From Candidatus Omnitrophota bacterium (lineage in GTDB: Bacteria > Omnitrophota > Omnitrophia > Omnitrophales > Aquincolibacteriaceae): DNA of 64,000 nucleotides. The translations under genes were made by a program, and so were the position numbers. Below are positions 1 to 9,410 of the stretch, in pieces. The DNA lies in assembly GCA_003140935.1 (NCBI GenBank), contig PLLJ01000039.1:12007-76006 (forward strand). The letters run 5' to 3'. The notes under the pieces are model-generated. The model was not told the DNA's origin. It saw nothing but the letters and a program-made list of their open reading frames with translations, and made no database searches. Numbering within the stretch: the stretch's first letter is position 1; every line of letters begins with the position of its first letter.

Positions 1-288
1 AAACGTTGCGGAGTCTCAGTCGCCGTAGATGACGTGGGGTTCGGTAACACGTGCTTGGAAAGTCTTATTCTTCTCGAACCGGATGTGATTAAGCTGGATA
101 AAAGATATGTCCGCGGAATCGCCCAAGACCTTCATGTCGAACGATCCCTGCGGCGCATTCTCAGGGTCGCTGAAGACCTTGGCGCCGAGGTGATCGCCGA
201 AGGCATTGAAACCAAGGAGGACTTCGACCGCCTCAAAGAGGTCGGGGTTAAATACGGCCAGGGCTATTATCTTGGGATGCCCGCATGA
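1..288 (+). CDS. EAL-domain (c-di-GMP phosphodiesterase-like) protein, C-terminal part; 5' end truncated by window edge
   Basis: Frame is open from nt 1; translation contains [12 protein letters not shown] (DDFGTG-like EAL motif) and a C-terminal GQGYYLG typical of EAL domains. The stop overlaps the next gene start (ATGA). Confidence 0.6.
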   Translation, partial: KRCGVSVAVDDVGFGNTCLESLILLEPDVIKLDKRYVRGIAQDLHVERSLRRILRVAEDLGAEVIAEGIETKEDFDRLKEVGVKYGQGYYLGMPA

Positions 289-2591
289 GTTGTGCTGAAA
301 AAGGGGCCCCTGGCGAAAAGCCCCGCGGGCCCTGGCAGGATCCGGTCCTTCTTTCCACGAACCTCAAATTCTTGTTCTCCATCCTCTTTCTTGTCTGCTT
401 TTTAGCCGGAAACTTCCTTATCATGAACCGTCAGGTCCGTCACGCCGAGAACAACTCGAAGATCCTTGGTTTCATGGAAAGACAATACGGCCTGGTTCAG
501 GAGACGACCCTTCTCTCCATTGCGTACGCTCAATCGATCGACGTCCCTGAGCGCAAAACCTTCCGGGAAAATGTCCACAAAGAACTCCGGTCCCTGATTG
601 TCTTCAACACAACTTCCGATGATATCATTTCAGGAAAAACGCAGTTGCCGCTTGCTCTGATCCCTACGATCCGAAGAATTTATTTTTCCCCTCCTGCTCA
701 CTTGAACTCTGAAGTGGAAGAATATTTTTCGGCTTTAAAAAAATTCCTCGCAGGCTCTCCGATCAAGGTTCTCCCGGACAACCTTCAGCTTCTGACCTTC
801 CAGGAAAAAGGCACGCACCTCCTCAACTCGCTGCGCACATCGATCAAAAACTTCCAAACCGAAACAGAGGTTGAGATCATTCAGCTTAAGCATCTCGGCC
901 AGGCCCTTTTCATTCTAAGTTTTCTATGCCTCGGCCTCATCGGCGCACTGGTGTTTCTGCCGACGCTTAAAAATCTCGGGAGCTATTTACATCAATTAAA
1001 AAATATGAACGAGGCCCTGGAGATCAAGGTCTCTGAAAGGACCCTGGAGCTCGAGCGCAAGGCCCTTCAACTGGAACTCGCCAATGAGGAGCTGCGCGAG
1101 CGGATCGATGAGCGGACCCGGATCGAAAAAGAGCTGCGTCAAGCGAACGCTTTTTTAGACTCCGTCATCGACAACATCCCGAACATGGTCTTCATCAAGG
1201 ATGCGGAAGAGCTGCGGTTTATTCGTTTCAACCGTGCCGGAGAAGATCTGATCGGTTACAAACGCGAGGATCTTTTAGGAAAAAATGACTATTCGTTTTT
1301 TCCTAAAGACCAGGCTGATTTTTTTGCCGAAAAAGACCGGGACGTTCTGCGCGAGGGAGCGCTTTTGGAAATTGACGAGGAGCCGATCTTGACACAAAAA
1401 AAAGGCACCCGTATCCTGCATACCAAAAAAATCCCTATCATGGGCCCCAGCGGAAAGCCCACCTATCTTCTCGGTATCTCAGAAGATATTACAGAAAGGA
1501 TCCAACATGAGCAGCAGCTTTGGGAATTTTCCCTGGCTATGGAGAACGCCCTCGACGGCATTGCCCGTCTGGATCCCGACAAAAGGTACTTATCCGTTAA
1601 TAAGGCTTACGCCGCTATGATGCGCTATTCCCCGGAAGAAATGGTGGGCCTGGATCGTATGACCACGGTCTGTCCTGAGGACGCAGAAAAAGCCCAGCGA
1701 GCTTTTGAAGAAATGATGGAAACGGGCAAGGCGGAAACAGAGGTTAAGGTCACCCGCAAAGACGGCTCTATTTTTCATCAGTATGTCGTCCTGGTCAAAA
1801 ACGTGAATAAGGAGCAACGTTTTAACGGTTTTTATTGCTTTGCGAAAGACGTGACGGAGCATAAATATCAGGAATCTCTTGAGATCAAGGCCGATCTGAT
1901 CCAGATGGTGTCCCATGAGCTTCGCACGCCGATCCATTCGGTGAAAGAAGGTTTGAGCATCGTCCTTGAAGGCCTCACGGGAGAGGTCACTCCCGAGCAA
2001 AAGGAAGTGCTAAGCATTTCTAAGCGTTGTGTCGACCGGTTGGCGCGCCTCGTCAATGATGTGCTGTCATTCCACAAACTTGAAGCCGGCGTGGTCGAAT
2101 TCCACATGAAAAAAGAAAACTTGATTCGGCTGATCGAGGAAGTGGGGGCGTCCATGCGTCCCCTGGTAGAGAACAAGAATCTTGTCCTGAATCTGGCCCT
2201 TCAAAAAGACTTTCCGGAAGTCGAGTTCGACCATGACAAGATCGTTCAGGTTCTCATGAATTTTCTACAAAACGCCATTAAATTCACTCTCCAGGGCGCG
2301 ATTACGATCATAGCCTCCGCGAATCCCCAAGGAGTCAAGGTCTCGGTCAAAGACACGGGGATCGGTATTCAGAAAAAGGACATTCCGAAGCTTTTCAGAA
2401 AATTCGGGCAGCTCGAATCTGCAAAACTTATTGCTCCGGGCGGCACGGGGTTAGGACTTGCCATTTCCAAGAGGATCGTAGAGCAGCACCACGGTAAGAT
2501 CGAAATGGAATCGGAACAGGGAAAAGGCAGCGTCTTTTCCTTCACGCTTCCCCTGGAGCAACCCAAACTCTCCAAGAAGAGGCCTCACTGA
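285..2591 (+). CDS. Membrane sensor histidine kinase (2 TM, coiled coil, two PAS-like modules, HisKA, HATPase_c)
   Basis: Hydrophobic segments near aa 20-45 and 200-225. H-box [13 protein letters not shown]-box [24 protein letters not shown]-like stretches [14 protein letters not shown] and [11 protein letters not shown]. Confidence 0.8.
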   Translation: MSCAEKGAPGEKPRGPWQDPVLLSTNLKFLFSILFLVCFLAGNFLIMNRQVRHAENNSKILGFMERQYGLVQETTLLSIAYAQSIDVPERKTFRENVHKELRSLIVFNTTSDDIISGKTQLPLALIPTIRRIYFSPPAHLNSEVEEYFSALKKFLAGSPIKVLPDNLQLLTFQEKGTHLLNSLRTSIKNFQTETEVEIIQLKHLGQALFILSFLCLGLIGALVFLPTLKNLGSYLHQLKNMNEALEIKVSERTLELERKALQLELANEELRERIDERTRIEKELRQANAFLDSVIDNIPNMVFIKDAEELRFIRFNRAGEDLIGYKREDLLGKNDYSFFPKDQADFFAEKDRDVLREGALLEIDEEPILTQKKGTRILHTKKIPIMGPSGKPTYLLGISEDITERIQHEQQLWEFSLAMENALDGIARLDPDKRYLSVNKAYAAMMRYSPEEMVGLDRMTTVCPEDAEKAQRAFEEMMETGKAETEVKVTRKDGSIFHQYVVLVKNVNKEQRFNGFYCFAKDVTEHKYQESLEIKADLIQMVSHELRTPIHSVKEGLSIVLEGLTGEVTPEQKEVLSISKRCVDRLARLVNDVLSFHKLEAGVVEFHMKKENLIRLIEEVGASMRPLVENKNLVLNLALQKDFPEVEFDHDKIVQVLMNFLQNAIKFTLQGAITIIASANPQGVKVSVKDTGIGIQKKDIPKLFRKFGQLESAKLIAPGGTGLGLAISKRIVEQHHGKIEMESEQGKGSVFSFTLPLEQPKLSKKRPH

Positions 2592-2645
2592 GAAGGGGCT
2601 CTACCTTTATTCGTCACAGACTTTATGGCAGGCGTTGAAGTACGG

Positions 2646-4298
2646 TTAATCCTCGTGATGAATTCCCCGAATGCCGTCGGCACTCAAGAGAACTGTAACG
2701 GCGGGACCTGATTTTTTGGAAGAGGCACGCTCCACGCGAAGAAGGATCTTGGCTTCACCTTTCGCGGGAATCCATTCCGGCTGAATGCGGAGACGGGGTT
2801 CCTCTGATGTAAACTGAGCGATCTTTCCTTTCCGCCCGTCATGGATCACTTCCGCATGATAGACCGTTCCCTCTTTTGAGGCAAATCCACACTCAACGGC
2901 CAAATCCTTGAAAGACAATGTTCCTCCGGAGAACGAAAATCCATCCAACGGATTGGCGCGAGAAAACCAGAAACGGGCGATCTTATCGCGTCGTTCGATC
3001 AGGGTCCGGGCAATAGCGTCTGAGTCTTTCGTGTCGCTGTATTGGCCGGCCTTGACCATCGCCCGGATATCTTCGTCAGAAAAACTCATCAAGAGTTTTG
3101 CGGCCCAGAATCCGTCGGCGCGGGTTACGAGCCGGAACGCTTCATAGGGAAATTCCGTCTTGTACCGCGCCGGATCAAAAAGGTCATTTGTAAAATAACC
3201 TACGGTTGGAGATCCGTGGATCTTTTTGCCTGCCAGGCGCCATTTCTTCTGCCAAGGTTTCTCACGAAATCCGAGCGCCAGGATCGATTTGAGGGTCTCT
3301 CCGTAATCGATCGCATTTTCATAACCAAGCATAGGTGCCTTGGGCCCTTCCTGCATCGAACCCAAAGCCCCGTTAAAATCAGCAAGATAATGCTTCAACA
3401 CGGTCTGGCCGTTCTCTTCGACAGACATGTCCAGGGTGTCGCTTTCTCGGAGATCGTAATGGTTAAGCCAGGAGGCAAAGATCCCGAGCGTCCGTATCTC
3501 CCGGCGATCGCGATGATTTACCAAGTCCGCAGGGTCGTCCTTCCGGCGGGATTCGAAGCTGAAGATCCCGTGGTAATTCCCTTTCATGATCTTGCATGCT
3601 GAAGCTTGGTAAAGACCTTTCTCGTTCTGAGGCAATACCATCAAGTATTCTTCGAACCGTTTTTGGCTCAACGCCTTTTTGAATCCTGTTTCCTCCCAGG
3701 TGGTGGCTTCGGGAGCCACCTGAAACTGGTCGGGCTTGATCAAAAGGATCGTGAATTGTGGCACGGTATAGCCCAAAGCATAATAAAACCGGCTGGCAAC
3801 GATCTCGGCTCCTGTCGCGAGCTCCATATTCCCCTGAGGGTCGAATTCCAGAAGATATTCATCCCCGCGCGCGTCCTTGGCCCAGAACCGTGGATAGATC
3901 CCCCGCTGTTCCGCCGCGGTGATGCGCAAAGGCTTGCTCAAGTCGGGCCCCGGGGTTTCTTGATACCCTTTTTCAAGGGCCTCCGCGGAAAGTCTTTCGC
4001 GGCCTTGACGATTTTTGAAGAACCCGGAATCCGGCACTTCATCAAAAATGTTTACATCCTTTGATGGAAGCTTTTTCCCGAAGAGCTTCCTCCCCCAGCG
4101 TCCCAGATCCAGCTGATTAACGCCTTCGTTGTAAATACTTTGGTCAAAAAGATCGCTGTAAAATGAGGATTCGCTTTCTTTGAATTTTACCGTTTCCCCG
4201 GCCTTGGCCAGCCCCGTAAGACTGAGTGCCCAGCTCCCAAGGATCACAAGCGCCAGCGCTTGCCGAACCTGCTTAGTTTTTCCGCATTGGGTCTTCAT
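2646..4298 (-). CDS. Secreted protein of unknown function with a possible protein-kinase-like catalytic core
   Basis: N-terminal signal peptide (LALVILGSWALSLTGLAKAG). Motif pair LNHYDLRESD ... ADFNG is spaced like a kinase catalytic loop (HxD) and DFG-like Mg-binding loop. No confident family match from sequence alone. Lies 10 nt downstream of the Omp85-like gene. Confidence 0.4.
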   Translation of the reverse strand: MKTQCGKTKQVRQALALVILGSWALSLTGLAKAGETVKFKESESSFYSDLFDQSIYNEGVNQLDLGRWGRKLFGKKLPSKDVNIFDEVPDSGFFKNRQGRERLSAEALEKGYQETPGPDLSKPLRITAAEQRGIYPRFWAKDARGDEYLLEFDPQGNMELATGAEIVASRFYYALGYTVPQFTILLIKPDQFQVAPEATTWEETGFKKALSQKRFEEYLMVLPQNEKGLYQASACKIMKGNYHGIFSFESRRKDDPADLVNHRDRREIRTLGIFASWLNHYDLRESDTLDMSVEENGQTVLKHYLADFNGALGSMQEGPKAPMLGYENAIDYGETLKSILALGFREKPWQKKWRLAGKKIHGSPTVGYFTNDLFDPARYKTEFPYEAFRLVTRADGFWAAKLLMSFSDEDIRAMVKAGQYSDTKDSDAIARTLIERRDKIARFWFSRANPLDGFSFSGGTLSFKDLAVECGFASKEGTVYHAEVIHDGRKGKIAQFTSEEPRLRIQPEWIPAKGEAKILLRVERASSKKSGPAVTVLLSADGIRGIHHED

Positions 4299-4308
4299 AA
4301 GTGCCGCC

Positions 4309-5634
4309 TTAGAACGCGAGTTTGTTCTTAACGTAAAACTGAGTACCTTCGTTGCTGTGAGCTACCGAAAAATTCACGAGTGTGTTCTTGGCATAGCTAA
4401 GATAAAAACCAACCCCGTAGGATTCCCGGAAATCCTTAAACTGAAATTCGTGGATCTCGTTAAACGTTTGGCCTGTGTCTGAAAAAAACGCCGTTTTCAG
4501 CTTGAAATCCTTGTATTCCATTACGGTGTAACGGTATTCCAGGTTAAGAAGCAGGGAGCTTTCTCCGTAGAAACGGTTATACACGTAGCCCCGCATCGTC
4601 TCACTGCCACGCGTATTGGTCCCAGCACCGCCGAGCTTAGCCATGTCATAAAAGGGAATGGCTCCATGGTCGATTTCGTCATTGTGTTCGGCAAAAAGAC
4701 GTGCCACAAAAATGCGTCGCGGGGACCACAGCTGGAGATATTTGGCCATGTCCAGTTGGTACTTGAAGTAACGGGCTGTCGCGCCGCTCACGTTGTCCGT
4801 GAACTGAAAAAGGAATTTCTGGTAACTCCCGCGCGTGGCATCGTCCTTGCTATCGCGGGTATCGCGCTGGAGGGTTATGGAATAATCCAACAGATTATTG
4901 CCATTCACGCCCGGAATGTTCTGGCCCTCAAAAACATGCAGGATGTCCCCTTTGCCGTCATGCGCTCGATTAAAGATATTCACATTTCTGTAATCAAATC
5001 CCCCGTTGATATCGATCGATGGGGAAATCTCGTAGCCGGCCTCGAGGCCCACCTTGGTGGTTTCCATTCGATAGGAGGTACTGTCTCCCATGCTCGTGTC
5101 CGGCCCGATGCCATAAAAAGGCTCTTTTTCCTGGCGATCGTACCCAAAGACTCCTTTGGCGTGAAACCCGGTCCCGCCGATCTTCTGCGCTCCGATCTCA
5201 GAACCCACCGCAAAAAAAATGGTGGGACAATGAAGAATCGTGGCCGTAGCAAAAAGATCGGGGAATTTTTCTTTTTGCTTCGAAAGGGCCAAAAGGTTCA
5301 GCTCGGCGCCATAAGCGGGGATCGCGCTTATATCTGAAAATCCGAGCAAGGGTTTGACGCCCTGTTTAACCGATTGTTCATAGAGCCATATTGCTTTTTT
5401 ATCAAGCCGGTGATTCTCGGTGTAAATGATCCCCTGGTCCATGGGCCATTTGATCAGTTGGAAGGGAAATTCGATCAGGCGGGAAACGGGATCCTTGAGG
5501 GGTTCCGCAGAAAGAGGCTCTGTATAAACCGGGGCATAAGGATCCTGGTTTTTTTCGCCAGCATGCCCCTTGGGCGCAAGACACCATAAAAGGATAGAAA
5601 AAACAAACGCCTGTCTCGATAATCTCAAGATCAT
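4309..5634 (-). CDS. Omp85/BamA-family outer-membrane beta-barrel (surface antigen D15-like) without recognisable POTRA repeats
   Basis: Signal peptide MILRLSRQAFVFSILLWCLAPKGHA (internal Met taken as start). C-terminal region has alternating beta-strand pattern, KLGGAGTNTRGSETMRGYVYNRFYGESS (RGY/RGF motif) and a terminal aromatic (…NKLAF) typical of Omp85 barrels. Only ~130 aa precede the barrel. Confidence 0.5.
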   Translation of the reverse strand: MILRLSRQAFVFSILLWCLAPKGHAGEKNQDPYAPVYTEPLSAEPLKDPVSRLIEFPFQLIKWPMDQGIIYTENHRLDKKAIWLYEQSVKQGVKPLLGFSDISAIPAYGAELNLLALSKQKEKFPDLFATATILHCPTIFFAVGSEIGAQKIGGTGFHAKGVFGYDRQEKEPFYGIGPDTSMGDSTSYRMETTKVGLEAGYEISPSIDINGGFDYRNVNIFNRAHDGKGDILHVFEGQNIPGVNGNNLLDYSITLQRDTRDSKDDATRGSYQKFLFQFTDNVSGATARYFKYQLDMAKYLQLWSPRRIFVARLFAEHNDEIDHGAIPFYDMAKLGGAGTNTRGSETMRGYVYNRFYGESSLLLNLEYRYTVMEYKDFKLKTAFFSDTGQTFNEIHEFQFKDFRESYGVGFYLSYAKNTLVNFSVAHSNEGTQFYVKNKLAF

Positions 5635-5710
5635 GATCTGGAATCTCTCAAAAAATATGTTCTTATTTAGTGATGAGAATATCCGATTATAGAAAAATTC
5701 CAAGTATTTT

Positions 5711-6100
5711 TTATGCCAAGCCGGCCAAGGCCACCAAAGTGATTCCGATCGCGATGAGGAGCGTGCCGAGAAAACGCTTGCCATCGATTCTTTCAGCCAG
5801 AAAAATACGTGAAGCGATCAGAATAAGGATGTATTGCATGCTGCCAAGAACGAACACCACGCTTAAGGCCGCCTGGCTGAGAGCCACAAGCCAAAAGACA
5901 AGTCCGACCGCCATCGATGATAACCCCAGTAAAATACCGGGATGGCGAATCACATTTTTAAAAAAAATCCCGTAGGCTCTTAAGTTTCTTCCTTGTACGT
6001 CCGGAAAAGCGTTCGCGGATTTTTTGAAAAGTAATTGCCCCGCGGTGTTCCAGATCTCGGCAATGAGCACGTAAAGAATAGTCCGGATCATGGCGCCCAA
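5711..6100 (-). CDS. Small 4-TM DMT/SMR-superfamily membrane protein (EamA-like; ArnE/ArnF-like)
   Basis: 129 aa with 4 predicted TM helices. Paired with a similar 140-aa protein, as in heterodimeric ArnE/ArnF undecaprenyl-phosphate-sugar flippases. Confidence 0.45.
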   Translation of the reverse strand: MGAMIRTILYVLIAEIWNTAGQLLFKKSANAFPDVQGRNLRAYGIFFKNVIRHPGILLGLSSMAVGLVFWLVALSQAALSVVFVLGSMQYILILIASRIFLAERIDGKRFLGTLLIAIGITLVALAGLA

Positions 6101-6170
6101 GTCTCTTGTTTTTTTTCTTGGAGGGCGACTTGGACTGTCATGATTACCTTTATTTTTAAATTTATGAGAA

Positions 6171-6593
6171 TCATGGCGTAAGTGTCATGGGAGGCGCCGC
6201 AGGCTTGCTTTTCGATAAAACCAGGATTCCGAGGACAACGCAAAAGATGCCTGCGACCCCCATCATGGATATTCTTTCATGCAGAAAGATGACCGCTGAA
6301 AACGGGATAAGTGCGTACGTGGTGCTCCCCAGGGGAACGGCCAGACTTAAATCGATCCTTGTAAGAATAATGATCCAGAGAAAAAAATTGAGCGCGTACA
6401 GGATGACGCCGGCTATCACGAGCGGCGAAACTACGTTCTGTGTCACAAAAAAGAGCAGGTCGTGAAGACTCCAGGAAGCGACCGCACCCCCCACGATTCC
6501 TTTTTTCATCAGGACCTGAGCCAAGGCGTCGATCACGTCGTTTAAGAAAATCGCGAGGAATATCCTGAGGGTGATGCCGCCGGCTTTGTTCAT
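6171..6593 (-). CDS. Small 4-TM DMT/SMR-superfamily membrane protein (EamA-like; ArnE/ArnF-like partner)
   Basis: 140 aa with 4 TM helices. Its start overlaps the stop of the upstream acyltransferase-like gene (ATGA). Confidence 0.45.
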   Translation of the reverse strand: MNKAGGITLRIFLAIFLNDVIDALAQVLMKKGIVGGAVASWSLHDLLFFVTQNVVSPLVIAGVILYALNFFLWIIILTRIDLSLAVPLGSTTYALIPFSAVIFLHERISMMGVAGIFCVVLGILVLSKSKPAAPPMTLTP

Positions 6594-7825
6594 ACTTTCT
6601 CTTGAATGTGTTTGAATGTCGCGTCAAAATTCTCCGGCCTCAGGCATCGGCACAATAAATGAAAGAACGGATTGACGACTTTGTTGCGATGTTTGGCATA
6701 AACAAAGAGCCGGATATATTTAAATCCAAGACGTCTTTTGGCTTCATACCCGGTGTTGCCCATTTCATAGACCGGGATCTTATTGGCAATACACCATTTC
6801 ATCAGATCGCGGAAGCGGGTGAAATAGAGGTGCAGGTCGTGGGCCAAGGCATAGTCAAAGCCCAAATAGTAATCGATCATTCTTTCGGCGGAGATAAAAC
6901 AAAACGCAAAGGCTACGATGCGTCCGTCCAGGCGCCACAAAAAATAACGGGTCTTGGCCGACATATTGTCTGAGATAAAACGGAAAAAATCCTTTGTCAT
7001 GATCTCAAAGGACATCTCTCCGTGCTTAAGCAGGGTCTGCGTATAAAGGGCGTGCACCTGGTCCAGTTCGTCCTCGGACAAACGCTCCCGGATCTCCATG
7101 GGAAGCGGAGTAGCTTTATCTATTTTTTTAAGTTTTCTTTTCAGCCCGTCACGCGAGGCGCGGTTGAGCGTTTTTACATATTCGTCAAAAGACAGGAACG
7201 GAATGGTCATTTCGGTCGAAGGCATACTTTCGAATTTATAATAGCCTTCGGCCTGGAGCGCATCCAGCCACTCGCATTCCCTCAAGCCAAAGTCCTTGAA
7301 TCCAAGAATCGATATTTTTTTGGATGCCGCGAGAGATTCCATGGCTTCACAGATCGCCCGCACGACAGCTTTGGGGTCCCTCTTGACCCCTAGTCTCCCC
7401 TGGCTCATCGGCAGTCCGCACACAAGCGCTCTTAATTCCATAAAACGAGGAAACCGTTTTTTGATCTTCAAAAGCATGGACTTGATCGGCCCTTGGATTG
7501 TGGTATCGAGAGGATAATGCATTAAAAAACAAGGGGCAATACCCGTAAGTTCCCAAGCGTCATAGATAAGAATGTAGTGCCATTCAAATTGTTCGAGGCC
7601 TGATTCCTGAAGGGTCTTGAAAAAAGAGTAACTTTCGAGAACGTCGGGATAAACCTGGGACCATGCTTCGGGAGAGATTTGCGTGATATCCGTGATGATC
7701 TCCGCGCGTAGTTTCATGGCCCCGCAGGACTTTTCTTCGGAGGCCGCTATGATCGACTCTGTCGCTGAGACGTCAAACATAAACCGGGATCTTCGAAAAA
7801 GACCCTTTTTGCTTTGCGTGCTCAA
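6590..7825 (-). CDS. FemAB-like / GNAT-fold acyltransferase-family protein (COG3146/DUF482-like); start uncertain
   Basis: About 400 aa. C-terminal half has a GNAT-like pattern (…RLDGRIVAFAFCFI…YYLGFDY…). Size and architecture resemble FemAB-like N-acyl/aminoacyl transferases. Assigned from motif-level resemblance only. Confidence 0.35.
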   Translation of the reverse strand: MSTQSKKGLFRRSRFMFDVSATESIIAASEEKSCGAMKLRAEIITDITQISPEAWSQVYPDVLESYSFFKTLQESGLEQFEWHYILIYDAWELTGIAPCFLMHYPLDTTIQGPIKSMLLKIKKRFPRFMELRALVCGLPMSQGRLGVKRDPKAVVRAICEAMESLAASKKISILGFKDFGLRECEWLDALQAEGYYKFESMPSTEMTIPFLSFDEYVKTLNRASRDGLKRKLKKIDKATPLPMEIRERLSEDELDQVHALYTQTLLKHGEMSFEIMTKDFFRFISDNMSAKTRYFLWRLDGRIVAFAFCFISAERMIDYYLGFDYALAHDLHLYFTRFRDLMKWCIANKIPVYEMGNTGYEAKRRLGFKYIRLFVYAKHRNKVVNPFFHLLCRCLRPENFDATFKHIQEKV

Positions 7826-8471
7826 AGAACGCGCAGACTTCTCCTAGATCGGAGAATGCCGTGTGGGATTTTCCTTCCGTTTCAAGATGACTCGCGAGAC
7901 TGTCCTTGGCAAAAACAATATCCGCTTCAAGCGCCGGGCAAACGTCCGAGAGACCGTCCCCAACGTAGACCGTCGTTCTGTCCTTGTGCTCCAGAATGTG
8001 GACTTTTTTGCAGTGGGCGCAGCGCCGGCGGCACTCTTTGGAATGAAAAGGGAACGTGGGGATGAGCCGGTCCTTTTTAAATTTCAATTCATTGGCAAAA
8101 ACTTTTGCCTGAAGAATCCCGTGATGGCGCAGAATGGTCCGGATGATCACGGTAAAACTGTCGCTGACGATTATGAAGGGAATGCAACGGCGGCGGAGCG
8201 TCCGGAAAAGCTTTGCGGCAAAAGGATCCAGGGGGATTTGCTTCACGTATTTCGCGAGATTGGCGCGGGTCACCCGGACCGATCTCAGTTGCGCCTCAAG
8301 ACATTGCCGCGATCCAATCCTCCCTTCTTTCCAGGCTTCTTCGTGGATCATCCACTTCTGATCGATGGAGAATTTCCCGATGACCGCATCCAGAACATCC
8401 AGGCTGGTGATCGTGTTGTCAAAATCGAGAAAAACCATGAGAGGTTTGCTTTTTTTCGCACCCAGGATCAT
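7773..8471 (-). CDS. HAD-superfamily phosphatase (HAD-IB, MtnX/PSP-like)
   Basis: Motif I FLDFDNTIT (DxDxT), motif IV GDGLSD, Cys-rich cap. Confidence 0.65.
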   Translation of the reverse strand: MILGAKKSKPLMVFLDFDNTITSLDVLDAVIGKFSIDQKWMIHEEAWKEGRIGSRQCLEAQLRSVRVTRANLAKYVKQIPLDPFAAKLFRTLRRRCIPFIIVSDSFTVIIRTILRHHGILQAKVFANELKFKKDRLIPTFPFHSKECRRRCAHCKKVHILEHKDRTTVYVGDGLSDVCPALEADIVFAKDSLASHLETEGKSHTAFSDLGEVCAFFEHAKQKGSFSKIPVYV

Positions 8472-9328
8472 ACGTCTTCTTCTTCTTTTCCGTTAAACGC
8501 CCTGCTCGGTTCTACGCCACGGATGCGGCAAAAAAACTCCTCCATTTTTTGAGCCACCACCCTGCGCTCCTGGTCCGCAGTGATCACATGGTAGGAATCA
8601 TTCAGGAGCACGATCTCTTTTTGGTCTGAAGCAACGTGGTCGTAAATGAATTGCGAGTTCTTGACGCTGGTCATATCGTCTTCGGAGGCCTGGATCAGCT
8701 GGACAGGGACATGGATCCGGGACATTTTTTTCATCAGCTCGCGGATCAATATACGCAACTCACAAAGAAGCGTCACCGGAAAATAAGGATAACCGTATTG
8801 CGCCACCCCCGAGACGTCGCCGAATGAGGCGTTTTTATAATACTCATGGACCTTATTGCGAATGCGTTCGTTCTTGATCCCATAAGGCGGCTCTTCCTTA
8901 AAATAGGCAAAATAGCGGATGGGCGTGTAATACGCGAGCGGTAGCAGGCAATGACTCCAGGGAATATTCCATCCGTCATAAAAAAGCGTCGGGGAAAGAC
9001 AGGACGCTCCGGAGATTCGCTCCGGAAATTCTTCGGCTAGTAAAAGGGCGAGAAGCGCGCCCATGGAAAGACCCGCCGTGAAGATTTTTTGATCGGTCGG
9101 GATCTTCCGGAGCGCTTCTTTGACCGATTGGTAAAACTCCTGCCACTTGGCCCGCTTTAGAATATGGAGAGGCTCCCCGTGATGCGCGAGTCTGGGACAG
9201 AGGACCGAGTAACCTCTCCGGTAAAAGAAGTTGGCCAGACCTTTCATCTCGTTCGGCGTGCCGGTCAGACCGTGGATCAAAAGAATCGTCGCTTGCGAAG
9301 TTTCGACGCTGTATTCCGATCTATTCAT
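8468..9328 (-). CDS. Alpha/beta-hydrolase (esterase/lysophospholipase-like)
   Basis: HG oxyanion motif LLIHGLTG. Nucleophile elbow GLSMGA (GxSxG). Start set at the internal Met (MNRSEY…). Confidence 0.7.
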   Translation of the reverse strand: MNRSEYSVETSQATILLIHGLTGTPNEMKGLANFFYRRGYSVLCPRLAHHGEPLHILKRAKWQEFYQSVKEALRKIPTDQKIFTAGLSMGALLALLLAEEFPERISGASCLSPTLFYDGWNIPWSHCLLPLAYYTPIRYFAYFKEEPPYGIKNERIRNKVHEYYKNASFGDVSGVAQYGYPYFPVTLLCELRILIRELMKKMSRIHVPVQLIQASEDDMTSVKNSQFIYDHVASDQKEIVLLNDSYHVITADQERRVVAQKMEEFFCRIRGVEPSRAFNGKEEEDV

Positions 9329-9410
9329 CGGAAGGGGAGGTGCGGATTGCCGAGGTAAACGAAAACAGAATTTAACTGCCATAGTTTTTATTTCTTTTTA
9401 AGGTTTCTTG

